A stretch of 64,000 nucleotides of DNA. It comes from an uncultured Spirochaetota bacterium. Its GTDB lineage: Bacteria; Spirochaetota; Spirochaetia; SZUA-6; Fen-1364. Every line of letters starts with the position of its first letter. Positions within the stretch are counted from its first letter, which is position 1. The stretch spans positions 1 to 64,000 of the forward strand of contig CAVUXE010000062.1 of assembly GCA_963745235.1 (NCBI GenBank), written 5' to 3'. Of this stretch, positions 31,062 through 40,203 are shown piece by piece. The position numbers and the translations under genes were made by a program. The notes beneath the pieces were generated by a model. That model was not told where the DNA came from. It did not search any database and saw only the letters and a list, made by a program, of their open reading frames with translations.

Positions 31062-32351
31062 ATGGGCTTCTACAATACTGACAATTGGCCCGAAAAGTCG
31101 GAGTACTACCGCTGGCCGTGGTCGAGCAATGACAATCCCGTGCAATGGCTTGAAGTCACGGATCTGTGCAATATCCACTGCAGGGGCTGCTATCGCTCGC
31201 ACATGGAAGGTCACAGGCCATTAGAGGTCTTGAAGGAAGAGGTCGACTTCTGCATCAGGAACCGGAACATCGATACGGTCTGCATTGCCGGAGGCGAGCC
31301 GCTGATCTACCCCGATATCGTCAGGCTTGTCGACTTCATCTCCCGACGGGGGCTCAAGGCCAACATCATCACCAATACCCAGGCAATGACGGAAAAGCTG
31401 GTCGGCGAGCTTCTGGACGCGGGGATCTACGGTTTTACCTGTCATGTCGACATGGTTCAGGAGAGGCCCAACGAGCCCAAGGCCTCCTCGGAGCTCGAGC
31501 TTATGCCCAGGCGCCAGCAGATCGCAGATCTTCTCTACAAGGTGGGAAAGGGAAAGATATACCTGACCTTCAACGCGACCATCTACCATGAGAACTTCAA
31601 GTACATCCCGGACATTGTCTCCTGGGCGCACAGGAACGTGGAGAAGGTCTCCGGGCTGGATTTCGTCACGTACCGGGGAATCCCGCTGGGAAAGAACGTG
31701 ACGTGGGACGTCGAGGAGGGACACGGGGCCACGGACCTCAGCAAGACTTTCGGATACACGGACAGCTATGAGCAAATCGACATTACCTCCGTGGACGTCT
31801 ACAACGTGATCAAGGATCATTTCGGGGGCGCCTTCGAGCCGTGCGCCTACCTCGGAGGCACAGGGGATGTCCGGCAATACAAGTGGTGGGGCCAGGCTTT
31901 CATCATCGAGCGGGACGGAAAACTCCATGGATCGGTGAGTCCCAGACTCATGGAGCTGCTGCAGATCAGCCACCACTGGTTCACGGGCAAATACTTCATG
32001 TATCTCAGGGCAAACCGCGCTCCGCGGTTCGTTATCCTGCTCACCGCCCTGATCGGGGATAAGAAGATGCGAAACGCCCGACGGAGCATCCTGAAGAGCC
32101 TGGTCAACCCGCTCTCCTGGTTCCGCCAGATCCGCTTCCAAAGCATAGGGATCAACCAGCCCCCTGACATGCTCGAGAACGGAATGTCGTGCATGTGCGA
32201 AGGCTGCCCTGATGCGTGCGTGTGGAATGGAAATCTCGTCAGCTCGTGTCGCCTGGACGAATACAGGCGCTACGGCAAGCTCATGAGCGCGATCGTCCAC
32301 GAAGAAAACAGCCAGAACACCACGGAAGCCCTGACGGCGAACAAAGCATGA
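31062..32351 (+). CDS. radical SAM protein with a Cys-rich C-terminus
   Basis: CNIHCRGC, AGGEP and C-terminal SCMCEGCPDAC...SSCRLDE. RBS GAGGAGG. Confidence 0.92.
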   Translation: MGFYNTDNWPEKSEYYRWPWSSNDNPVQWLEVTDLCNIHCRGCYRSHMEGHRPLEVLKEEVDFCIRNRNIDTVCIAGGEPLIYPDIVRLVDFISRRGLKANIITNTQAMTEKLVGELLDAGIYGFTCHVDMVQERPNEPKASSELELMPRRQQIADLLYKVGKGKIYLTFNATIYHENFKYIPDIVSWAHRNVEKVSGLDFVTYRGIPLGKNVTWDVEEGHGATDLSKTFGYTDSYEQIDITSVDVYNVIKDHFGGAFEPCAYLGGTGDVRQYKWWGQAFIIERDGKLHGSVSPRLMELLQISHHWFTGKYFMYLRANRAPRFVILLTALIGDKKMRNARRSILKSLVNPLSWFRQIRFQSIGINQPPDMLENGMSCMCEGCPDACVWNGNLVSSCRLDEYRRYGKLMSAIVHEENSQNTTEALTANKA

Positions 32352-33196
32352 GGCCGTTGAATCCGGTCCGATTCGTCGCGGCCCTCAAAAGCCTGTTGGA
32401 TGGGAAGGTCGAGATCCCGGAGGCATTGGCGGAGAATCAGCTCCTCAAGATCCTCTTGAATCGCAGGTCCGTGCGCCGCTTTCAGGAAAAGGACATTCCT
32501 GAGGAAGTGTTTCGGGTCATCCTGGAGGCAGGACGGCTTGCGCCAAGCGCGGTCAACCTCCAGTCCTGGGCCTTCGGGGTCTTCGACCAGGAGTCCTGGC
32601 GGCAGACTTTCGACAAGCCGTTGCCCTTCAAGGGAAACAAGGCCCTGATCATCACCGGTGACCTCCACCGTGTGCGGCTGGCCCTTGAAGAGTTTCCCTT
32701 CAAGCCCCTGGTCGAATACACCCTCGGGGTAATGAACGCGAGTATTGCCGCCTATGCGATGAATATCGCAGCGGAAGCGTGCGGCGTCTCTTCGGTCATG
32801 CTCTCGGAAACCGGTGAAAGCGGGTTTTACGACGCCCTCTCCCTCAAGAAAAAGCTCCGCCTCCCCGACGGCGTGTTTCCCGTCATGACGATCGTTTTCG
32901 GCTATTGCGCGGCGCGGCCCCTGGGGATGCCGCCCAAGCTCCCGCTTTCCGAAATTACGTTCGCCGGCCGGTACAAAGAGCCCGACGACAAAGCCACGAG
33001 GCGGTGGCTGGACCAGATGCGGGCCGGCTACCGCGCTCTGTACATCACGAGATCCTTTCAGGGGCAGCTCAAGCGTTACCTTTCGAAAATCGATCAGGCA
33101 GAGGCGGGATTGCACAAGCTCATATTCTACGCGAACAGCGCCAGACATCTCGACGATGGGAGGCGGGCGGGTGTTGCCGCCGTGCCACCGGGATGA
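32348..33196 (+). CDS. nitroreductase-family flavoprotein (NfsA-like)
   Basis: NRRSVRRF, APSAVNLQSW and LPDGVFPV....GY. ATGA overlap with the upstream gene. Confidence 0.9.
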   Translation: MRPLNPVRFVAALKSLLDGKVEIPEALAENQLLKILLNRRSVRRFQEKDIPEEVFRVILEAGRLAPSAVNLQSWAFGVFDQESWRQTFDKPLPFKGNKALIITGDLHRVRLALEEFPFKPLVEYTLGVMNASIAAYAMNIAAEACGVSSVMLSETGESGFYDALSLKKKLRLPDGVFPVMTIVFGYCAARPLGMPPKLPLSEITFAGRYKEPDDKATRRWLDQMRAGYRALYITRSFQGQLKRYLSKIDQAEAGLHKLIFYANSARHLDDGRRAGVAAVPPG

Positions 33197-33993
33197 CGGA
33201 TTCCAGGATTCCCGCTTCAAGGGAAACGCCGAGAGTCACGTGCATCATACCGGCCTATCAGGAAGAGAAGAGGATCGCCCGCGTTCTGCGGGTGGTTGAG
33301 AACCACCCGTGGATAGACCAGATTGTCGTGGTGGTGGAGGGCACCGACAACACCGCGGCGGTGGCGAAAACATTCAAACGCGTCGAGCTGTTGGATCTCG
33401 GTGACAGGCGGCTCGGCAAAAGCCACGCCGTCATGAAGGGGCTGGAGGTTGCGCGTCACGACATCATCATGATGCTCGACGCCGACCTCCTGGGTCTGAC
33501 GCAAGACAACCTGTCCGCCCTCATCCTGCCGGTCCACAACAGAGAGGTGCATGTCACGATGAGCCTGCGCCGGAACTCGCTTCTTTTCTTCCGTGTCATG
33601 GGCGTCGACTTTGTCACGGGTGAGCGGGTTTTCCGCAAGGAGATCCTTGGCGACCATGAGCGACTGACGGCCCATCCGGGCTACGGTCTCGAAGTCTTTT
33701 TCAATCAGGAAGTCATTGACCAACACCGCACCGTGCTCGTCGTGTATTGGCGCAACGTCCGTTCGGTCAGGGTTGAAGAGAAGTACGGTTTCTTCCCCGG
33801 ACTCAAGCTCGACTGGGTGCATTTCCGAGAGGGCTACAGGACCCTCACCCTCGGCGGCTTTTTCCACCAGGTATGGAGCCTGCGCGGCAACTCAGCGCGC
33901 TCACGCAAGCGGATAGCGGCCAGCCGCTCTCACCGCGCGCGCAGTCAGCGTACCCGCGCAGAACCCTCGGCGGTCTTTACGGGAAACGGGTGA
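33193..33993 (+). CDS. glycosyltransferase family 2
   Basis: IIPAYQEE, GTDNT, GKSHA and the DAD motif (MLDADL). ATGA overlap with the upstream gene. Confidence 0.9.
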   Translation: MTDSRIPASRETPRVTCIIPAYQEEKRIARVLRVVENHPWIDQIVVVVEGTDNTAAVAKTFKRVELLDLGDRRLGKSHAVMKGLEVARHDIIMMLDADLLGLTQDNLSALILPVHNREVHVTMSLRRNSLLFFRVMGVDFVTGERVFRKEILGDHERLTAHPGYGLEVFFNQEVIDQHRTVLVVYWRNVRSVRVEEKYGFFPGLKLDWVHFREGYRTLTLGGFFHQVWSLRGNSARSRKRIAASRSHRARSQRTRAEPSAVFTGNG

Positions 33994-34156
33994 TTCATTC
34001 CATCGGATTGACTTCGCAAGGCGGGATGGACTGTCAGGCGATATCATTGGAGCCTGTGCCGCGCCTTTTGCGGAAAATCATAGTTGTTGCCCACCGGCGA
34101 TATTCAGAGAGATATTGGAGCCTGGCTCATGCACATTTGGAAAGGAGGTAGCCTCC

Positions 34157-35521
34157 ATGCCGAGAAAAGTGAATGCGCTCCTTCCACAGCCAAGTTTCAG
34201 TGAGCCTGTCTTCAGCGAAGGAGTACCGACGGCAGACCCCACCGGGTTCAAAGTAACTCCCGAGGACGAGCAACTGTACAACGGAATCGAAGATCTTCTG
34301 AAAAAAGACGTCGTAGGGTTCCCTGCCTCCCGCGGCGCCCCGCAAGATGTTTTGTCTCTGGAGAGCACGTGGGGGAGCCATGGGTCAGAAGTGATCAGGT
34401 CAACACAGGCTGCGGGCCAAATCGTGTTTCACGCCATCGGTGACAGCGGCGCCTCCAGCGCCAAGAGCTTCCCGGATGAAATCAAGGTTGCCGACGAAGT
34501 CACAAACGACTTCCACTCTTCGGATGTCGGTGAGCGACCCGCTTTCCTGTATCACCTTGGTGATCTCGTTTACAACTTCGGGGAGTCAGAATACTACTAT
34601 GACCAGTTCTACGATCCTTTCCGCGATTATCCCGCGCCGATTCTTGCGATCCCCGGCAATCACGATTCATTCATCGTGCCGAACACGCCATCTGGACAGG
34701 AGCCTTTGACCATCTTCACCAGGAACTTCTGCGCTTCGAAACCTGTCGTGACGCGTGAGGCCGGGTCACTTCATCGCACCGCCATGACGCAACCGGGAGT
34801 CTATTTCACGCTTGATGCGCCCTTCGTGCGCATCATTGGACTCTTCAGCAACGCGCTGGAAGATCCGGGGGTACTATCGAGTGAGAACGGCAAATGGAAA
34901 GCCGTGCCAGACCTTCAACTGAAATTCCTGGAAGCTCAGCTTGGCAGGATAAAGGCGGAGAGCTTCGCGGGAGCGCTGCTGCTGGCAGTCCACCACCCGC
35001 CATTCAGCTACGCTACGCAGACGACAAGGACCAAGGGAAGCTCGGGCGGCAAGCACCAGGGCAACTCCGTCATGCTGGGACAAATCGACGAGATTTGCAA
35101 GGCGCAGCACGTCTACCCCCATGCATTTCTTTCGGGGCACGCGCACAATTATCAACGCTACACGCGCAGCCTGGTTTTCGACAACAGGCAAATTTCTGTC
35201 CCGTTCGTGGTCTGCGGGGACAGCGGGCATAACGTGAATCCACTGGTGCGGGGGACACGAAACGGGCAGAAGGCCAGCGAGCCTTCAGACGAAGCTGATG
35301 TCGGCTACCTGGATACCTCCGCGATCCTGCAGCGCAAGGGCCTTGTGCTCAACAGGCACGACCAGAGGAACTATGGCTATTTGCGGATCGTGGTGAACGC
35401 GAAGCAGCTGATCATTGAGTTTCATCCAGCGACGCAGGGCTCGCGCAATGCGGGGGTGGATCAAGTGACAGTGGATTTGGCCAGCCACTCGGTTGTGAAA
35501 GCGGCGCGTCGGGGGCGTTGA
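34157..35521 (+). CDS. metallophosphoesterase (purple acid phosphatase-like)
   Basis: GDSG, GDLVY, PGNHD, HHPP and GHAHNYQR. RBS AGGAGG. Confidence 0.88.
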   Translation: MPRKVNALLPQPSFSEPVFSEGVPTADPTGFKVTPEDEQLYNGIEDLLKKDVVGFPASRGAPQDVLSLESTWGSHGSEVIRSTQAAGQIVFHAIGDSGASSAKSFPDEIKVADEVTNDFHSSDVGERPAFLYHLGDLVYNFGESEYYYDQFYDPFRDYPAPILAIPGNHDSFIVPNTPSGQEPLTIFTRNFCASKPVVTREAGSLHRTAMTQPGVYFTLDAPFVRIIGLFSNALEDPGVLSSENGKWKAVPDLQLKFLEAQLGRIKAESFAGALLLAVHHPPFSYATQTTRTKGSSGGKHQGNSVMLGQIDEICKAQHVYPHAFLSGHAHNYQRYTRSLVFDNRQISVPFVVCGDSGHNVNPLVRGTRNGQKASEPSDEADVGYLDTSAILQRKGLVLNRHDQRNYGYLRIVVNAKQLIIEFHPATQGSRNAGVDQVTVDLASHSVVKAARRGR

Positions 35522-35560
35522 CGGTTCCGGCAGGCGCGGGCAGCGCCAACCAGAGGGCCC

Positions 35561-36991
35561 ATGAGCAGTCTCCGCTATATCGTAGTATCGGACCTCCACC
35601 TTGGCGCGGCGAACAGCATTCTCACGTCTCTTACACCGGATAACCGGGAAACCAGTCCAAACAAGGCCAGCGATCTTCTTGTCCAGTTCGCAGCATGTCT
35701 GCGGGACGTGGCGAGTCTCCACCAAGGCGGGCCGCGCCCCACGCTGATCTTGAACGGCGACATCCTCGAGCTTGCTTTGGCCGGGACAAACGAGGCGACA
35801 ATGGCCTTTCGCAAGTTTTTTGAGGCACTGACCGGCAACGGGGACGCCACGCAGTGGCCGTTCGACAAGAAGATCTACTACCTTCCGGGGAACCACGACC
35901 ATCACCTGTGGAATGTCGCGCGTGAGAGACAATACAGGGAGAACTACATTGCCAGGACTCGAGCGGACGAGCCCCTGAAACCCGAGTTTCAGACCACAAA
36001 CATGTTCAATGACGAGTCTCTCAAGCCGATTCCCTGCGACTACCTCGACCTGGCAGTGAAGCCACTGCAAGCCGCCTCGGATGCCTCATTTCTCACGGTC
36101 TATCCAAACTTTGCTCTTCTGAACGGCGACAAGACTCGCTGTGTCGTGTTCCATCACGGTCACTACATAGAGTCGATCTACTCTGCCATGACGGAGCTCA
36201 AGAAACTGTTCTTCCCCGCCGAAGGCTTCCCGCGAGCTATTTGGGACCTCGAGGCTGAGAACGGAGCATGGATCGATTTCTTCTGGTCCGCGCTTGGCAG
36301 GTCGGGCCAGGTGGGCCGGGATGTCGAATTGATGTACGACAAGATGCAAAGCAGCCGGGAGCTCGAAAAGGTCCTCGCGCGGTTGGCCAGGTCCCTGTCG
36401 GAGAAGATTCCTCCCCGGCAGAGATGGACATCTCTCCTCATGACCCCCGCCATGAGCTTTCTGCTCAGGCACCTGGCGGGTCCTCTCGCCGTGCGGGAAG
36501 TCCATCACACCGGTTCAGTGCTGAGCGGGGACGCGCAGCGAGGGTTGGCGAGATACATGGAGGACTACGTGCTCCGAGAAATCACCCGTATCCAGGACCT
36601 GTCAGTTCCGCGCGACATGACTTTTGTGTTTGGACATACGCACAAGCCATTTGAATCGGAGGGCAGGTTCAAAGGCTTTCCGAAGGTCACATTGCTGAAC
36701 TCGGGTGGATGGGTGGTGGATACCGCCGTTGTTTCCCCGCTGAAAGGTGGCGCCGTGATAGTGGTGGATGACGATCTGAATGTCGCTTCGCTTCGAATGT
36801 ACAACGAGCATGATCCTCGATACCCCGTGCGCGTGTGCGTTCATGCCGCTGAGGACAACCCCCTGTTTCGCGCGCTCAGCCGGTCAGTCGATCCAGCGGC
36901 GGAAACGTGGCGCAGATTCTCGGAGCTGACAGACGCCGCGGTCGACGCTCATCGACAGAACCTCTTTTTTCATATCTCAGCCCGTTCCTGA
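35561..36991 (+). CDS. calcineurin-like metallophosphoesterase
   Basis: SDLH, NGDILE, PGNHD, HHGH, FGHTH and NSGGW. Confidence 0.88.
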   Translation: MSSLRYIVVSDLHLGAANSILTSLTPDNRETSPNKASDLLVQFAACLRDVASLHQGGPRPTLILNGDILELALAGTNEATMAFRKFFEALTGNGDATQWPFDKKIYYLPGNHDHHLWNVARERQYRENYIARTRADEPLKPEFQTTNMFNDESLKPIPCDYLDLAVKPLQAASDASFLTVYPNFALLNGDKTRCVVFHHGHYIESIYSAMTELKKLFFPAEGFPRAIWDLEAENGAWIDFFWSALGRSGQVGRDVELMYDKMQSSRELEKVLARLARSLSEKIPPRQRWTSLLMTPAMSFLLRHLAGPLAVREVHHTGSVLSGDAQRGLARYMEDYVLREITRIQDLSVPRDMTFVFGHTHKPFESEGRFKGFPKVTLLNSGGWVVDTAVVSPLKGGAVIVVDDDLNVASLRMYNEHDPRYPVRVCVHAAEDNPLFRALSRSVDPAAETWRRFSELTDAAVDAHRQNLFFHISARS

Positions 36992-37077
36992 CCGCTTGCA
37001 ACGGAGGTGCGCATATGCCGTCCAACCAGCCGCAGTCTGCGCCAGACTGATAATTGCTATTCCATGCACGATTTTTG

Positions 37078-37105
37078 TTGACTTGTATACAATCCGGTAT
37101 ATAAT
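37078..37105 (+). promoter_or_regulatory. sigma70-like promoter TTGACT-N16-TATAAT containing the GntR/FadR-type palindrome TTGTATACAA
   Basis: The palindrome at 37083-37092 sits between the -35 and -10 boxes upstream of fdrA, and the cluster encodes a GntR. Confidence 0.75.
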
Positions 37106-37169
37106 GCGCTATACATCAACGATAACGTCGGATCAAGCCAGTGCCCAGACAAGCATCGAGGAGCGTACC

Positions 37170-38744
37170 GTGAAGAAGGCGATTGTCCGCAAGGATTCGT
37201 ACTTCGACTCAGTCTTTCTCATGTCATTGAGCAAGAAGCTCAAGACGCAGCCGGGCGTGTCGGACGCGGTTGTCGCCATGGGAACTGCGATGAACCTGGA
37301 GCTTCTCCGATCCCAGGGCTACGCGGCTCTCGAGCTCTCGGGGGCAGGTCCCAACGATCTGCTCATGGCGGTGGATTGCGCTGAGGAGCCTGCCGTCGAG
37401 GCGGCGTTCAAGGCGGCCGCGGATCTGCTTGCCCGCAAGCGAACGAGCTCCGGTTCCGCGGGGGGGGCGTCTCAGCCGGCCTCCATTGAAGGCGCGGTCC
37501 AGGAGATGCCGGGCGCCAACCTGGCCATCATCTCGCTGCCGGGAGCCTATGCGGCTCGAGAAGCGCGAAAGGCGCTGGAACGCGGCCTGCACGTCATGCT
37601 CTTCTCAGACAACGTCAGCCTGGAGCAGGAGATCGCCCTCAAGAAACTGGGTCGATCGAAGGGCCTGCTCGTGATGGGACCGGACTGCGGGACGGCCATC
37701 ATAAACGGGGCGCCCCTCTGCTTCGCAAATGTCGTCAGGCGCGGACCCGTGGGAGTCATCGCCGCGTCCGGCACTGGTCTGCAGGAGGTGACCTGCCTGG
37801 TGGATCGCTACGGATCGGGCATCAGCCAGGCCATTGGCACCGGCGGGCGGGATCTGAAGAACGCCCGCGTCGGGGGCATCACGATGCTCATGGGCGTGGA
37901 AGCGCTGTCCAGGGATCCAGCCACCTCCGTGATGGTCCTGGTCTCCAAGCCGCCCGCCGCAGACGTGGCGGCGAAGGTGCTGGACGCACTCGGCTCTTCC
38001 GGCAAGCCGGCCGTGGTGCTCTTCCTGGGCCTGGATCCTGCCGCAGCAGGCAAGCTGCCGCCCAACGTGCGCCTTTGCGACAGCCTGGAGGGCGCCGCCG
38101 CGCAGGCCGTCGCGTTGGCGCGCGGAACACCGCTCAGCGAATCAGAGCGGGGAGGGGAAGCGTCTTTTCTTGCAGACCTGGTCAAGCGCGAGACCAAAGG
38201 CATTGCAAAGTCCCAGCGCTACCTGCGCGGGTACTTCACGGGCGGGACGCTCGCGGACGAGGCGATGATCCTCCTGCACCGCCTGACCGGCGCAGTCCAT
38301 TCGAACAACCAGACGGACCCTGCCTTCGTCCTGAAGGACCCGAAGGTGTCCGTCGGACATACCATAGTGGATCTTGGAGACGACGTCTTCACGGTCGGCA
38401 GGCCGCACCCGATGATCGATCCGAGCACGCGCACCGAGCGCATTGCGGCGGAGACGGGAGACTCCTCCATCGCGGTCGTCCTGGTCGACGTCGTGCTGGG
38501 CTACGGATCGCACGAGGACCCGGCAGGAGCGATGCTTCCCTCCCTGGTGGAGGCGCGCCGCGCGGCCCGGGCCAGGGGCGGTTACCTGCCCGTCATTGCA
38601 TCCGTCACGGGAACCCCGGGTGATTTTCAGGGCTACGCCGGCCAGGTGGCCAAACTGGAAGCCGCAGGCTGTGTCGTCATGCCCTCCAACTATCGCGCCG
38701 CCGTCCTTGCGGCAAAAGTCCTGGAAAAGGTGGCGCCCCGATGA
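37170..38744 (+). CDS. fdrA: FdrA/YahF-family acyl-CoA synthetase-like protein
   Basis: YFDSVFLM, MGT, FSDNV, VMGPDCGT, AASGTGLQEV, GTGGRDL, GGTL, GRPHPMIDP, DVVLGYGSHEDP. Confidence 0.95.
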   Translation: MKKAIVRKDSYFDSVFLMSLSKKLKTQPGVSDAVVAMGTAMNLELLRSQGYAALELSGAGPNDLLMAVDCAEEPAVEAAFKAAADLLARKRTSSGSAGGASQPASIEGAVQEMPGANLAIISLPGAYAAREARKALERGLHVMLFSDNVSLEQEIALKKLGRSKGLLVMGPDCGTAIINGAPLCFANVVRRGPVGVIAASGTGLQEVTCLVDRYGSGISQAIGTGGRDLKNARVGGITMLMGVEALSRDPATSVMVLVSKPPAADVAAKVLDALGSSGKPAVVLFLGLDPAAAGKLPPNVRLCDSLEGAAAQAVALARGTPLSESERGGEASFLADLVKRETKGIAKSQRYLRGYFTGGTLADEAMILLHRLTGAVHSNNQTDPAFVLKDPKVSVGHTIVDLGDDVFTVGRPHPMIDPSTRTERIAAETGDSSIAVVLVDVVLGYGSHEDPAGAMLPSLVEARRAARARGGYLPVIASVTGTPGDFQGYAGQVAKLEAAGCVVMPSNYRAAVLAAKVLEKVAPR

Positions 38745-40192
38745 GCGGTACGAAAAGCAATACCTCCAGCGTCGGTCCGGTCCTCGACCTCTTCAGCGGG
38801 GAGATCAACGCGGTCAATCTTGGTCTCGAATCCTTTGCGGAGAACCTCCGGGCCAATGGCGTGGCTGCCGTCCAGGTGAGCTGGAAGCCCCCCGCGGGCG
38901 GTGACCAGGGCATGATCGCTGCCCTGGACCGTCTTTCCGCCGGGGCGAAGGTGGACATCGAAGCCGCGAACCAGGAAGCAGCGTCCCGAATTCTTTCGGG
39001 CAAGCCGACCGTTGTCGACGTCGGAACGGCAGCCGAGGTCATCCCCGGCATGACAAAGACGACCATTCTCCACGCCGGACCTCCCGTCACCTGGCAGCGC
39101 ATGTGCGGTCCGATGCGCGGGGCCGTCATCGGCGGCCTCATCTACGAAGGGCTCGCAAAAAACCGCGTGGAGGCCGAGAAGCTTGCTGCTTCGGGAGAGA
39201 TCACGTTCGAACCCTGCCATCACCACAACGCGGTGGGCCCGATGGCGGGCGTCGTAACGGCCCGCATGCCCGTATGGATCTTCGAAAACACCACCTTCGG
39301 CAATCGCGCGTATTGCACGTTCAACGAAGGCCTCGGCAAGGTGCTTCGCTACGGCGCCTTCTCGGAGGAGGTCATCGCCCGCCTGCAGTGGATCGAAACC
39401 GACCTCGCTCCTGTCATGAAGAAGACCCTTGCCCTCCACGGGCCCCTGGACATGAAGAACATCATTGCCCAGGTCCTGCAGATGGGAGACGAGGGACACA
39501 ACCGCAACCGCGCCGGTACCTCCCTCATCATTCGGGAGCTCGCCCCGTATCTCGTTCGTCTCGGCGAGGACCCCGAAAAGATAGCGAAGATCCTGTCCTT
39601 CATGCATGCCAACGACCATTTCTTTCTCAACCTCTCGATGCCCGCCTGCAAGTGCACCGTCGCTGCCGCTGAGGGCATCGAAGGGAGCTCCGTCATCACC
39701 ACCATGGCGCGCAACGGCACGGATTTCGGCATTCGGATTTCCGGGCTCGGCGATCGCTGGTTCACGGGGCCCGCCTCCATGGTGGAGGGTCTGTACCTTC
39801 CCGGTTTCGGTCCTCAGGACGCAGCGCCGGACATCGGGGATTCGGTCATCACGGAGACGGCGGGCATAGGCGGCTTTGCCATGGCGGCCGCCCCCGCCAT
39901 CGTGCAGTTTGTCGGGGGCAGCCCCGAAGACGCCGTGGCAGTCACGCGGCGCATGTACGAGATCACGGTGACGGAGAACGACGTCTACCGGATCCCCATC
40001 CTGGATTTCCGCGGCACACCGACGGCCATCGACCTTCGCAAGGTCGTGGAGACGGGCATCCTGCCGGCCATCAACACGGGCATTGCCCACAAGGAGCCCG
40101 GCGTCGGCATGGTGGGCGCCGGTCTGGTGAAGCCGCCCGAGAATTGTTTCAAGGACGCACTGGCCGCCTTTGCGGAGGCCTACTCAGAGTAA
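38741..40192 (+). CDS. DUF1116 protein (YahG/YlbE-AllG family)
   Basis: LHAGPP, MCGPMRGA, PCHHHNAVGPMAG, NEGLGKVLRYGA, MGDEGHNRN, ARNG, DIGDS, INTGIAH. Confidence 0.95.
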   Translation: MSGTKSNTSSVGPVLDLFSGEINAVNLGLESFAENLRANGVAAVQVSWKPPAGGDQGMIAALDRLSAGAKVDIEAANQEAASRILSGKPTVVDVGTAAEVIPGMTKTTILHAGPPVTWQRMCGPMRGAVIGGLIYEGLAKNRVEAEKLAASGEITFEPCHHHNAVGPMAGVVTARMPVWIFENTTFGNRAYCTFNEGLGKVLRYGAFSEEVIARLQWIETDLAPVMKKTLALHGPLDMKNIIAQVLQMGDEGHNRNRAGTSLIIRELAPYLVRLGEDPEKIAKILSFMHANDHFFLNLSMPACKCTVAAAEGIEGSSVITTMARNGTDFGIRISGLGDRWFTGPASMVEGLYLPGFGPQDAAPDIGDSVITETAGIGGFAMAAAPAIVQFVGGSPEDAVAVTRRMYEITVTENDVYRIPILDFRGTPTAIDLRKVVETGILPAINTGIAHKEPGVGMVGAGLVKPPENCFKDALAAFAEAYSE

Positions 40193-40203
40193 GGAGGAAT
40201 CGC

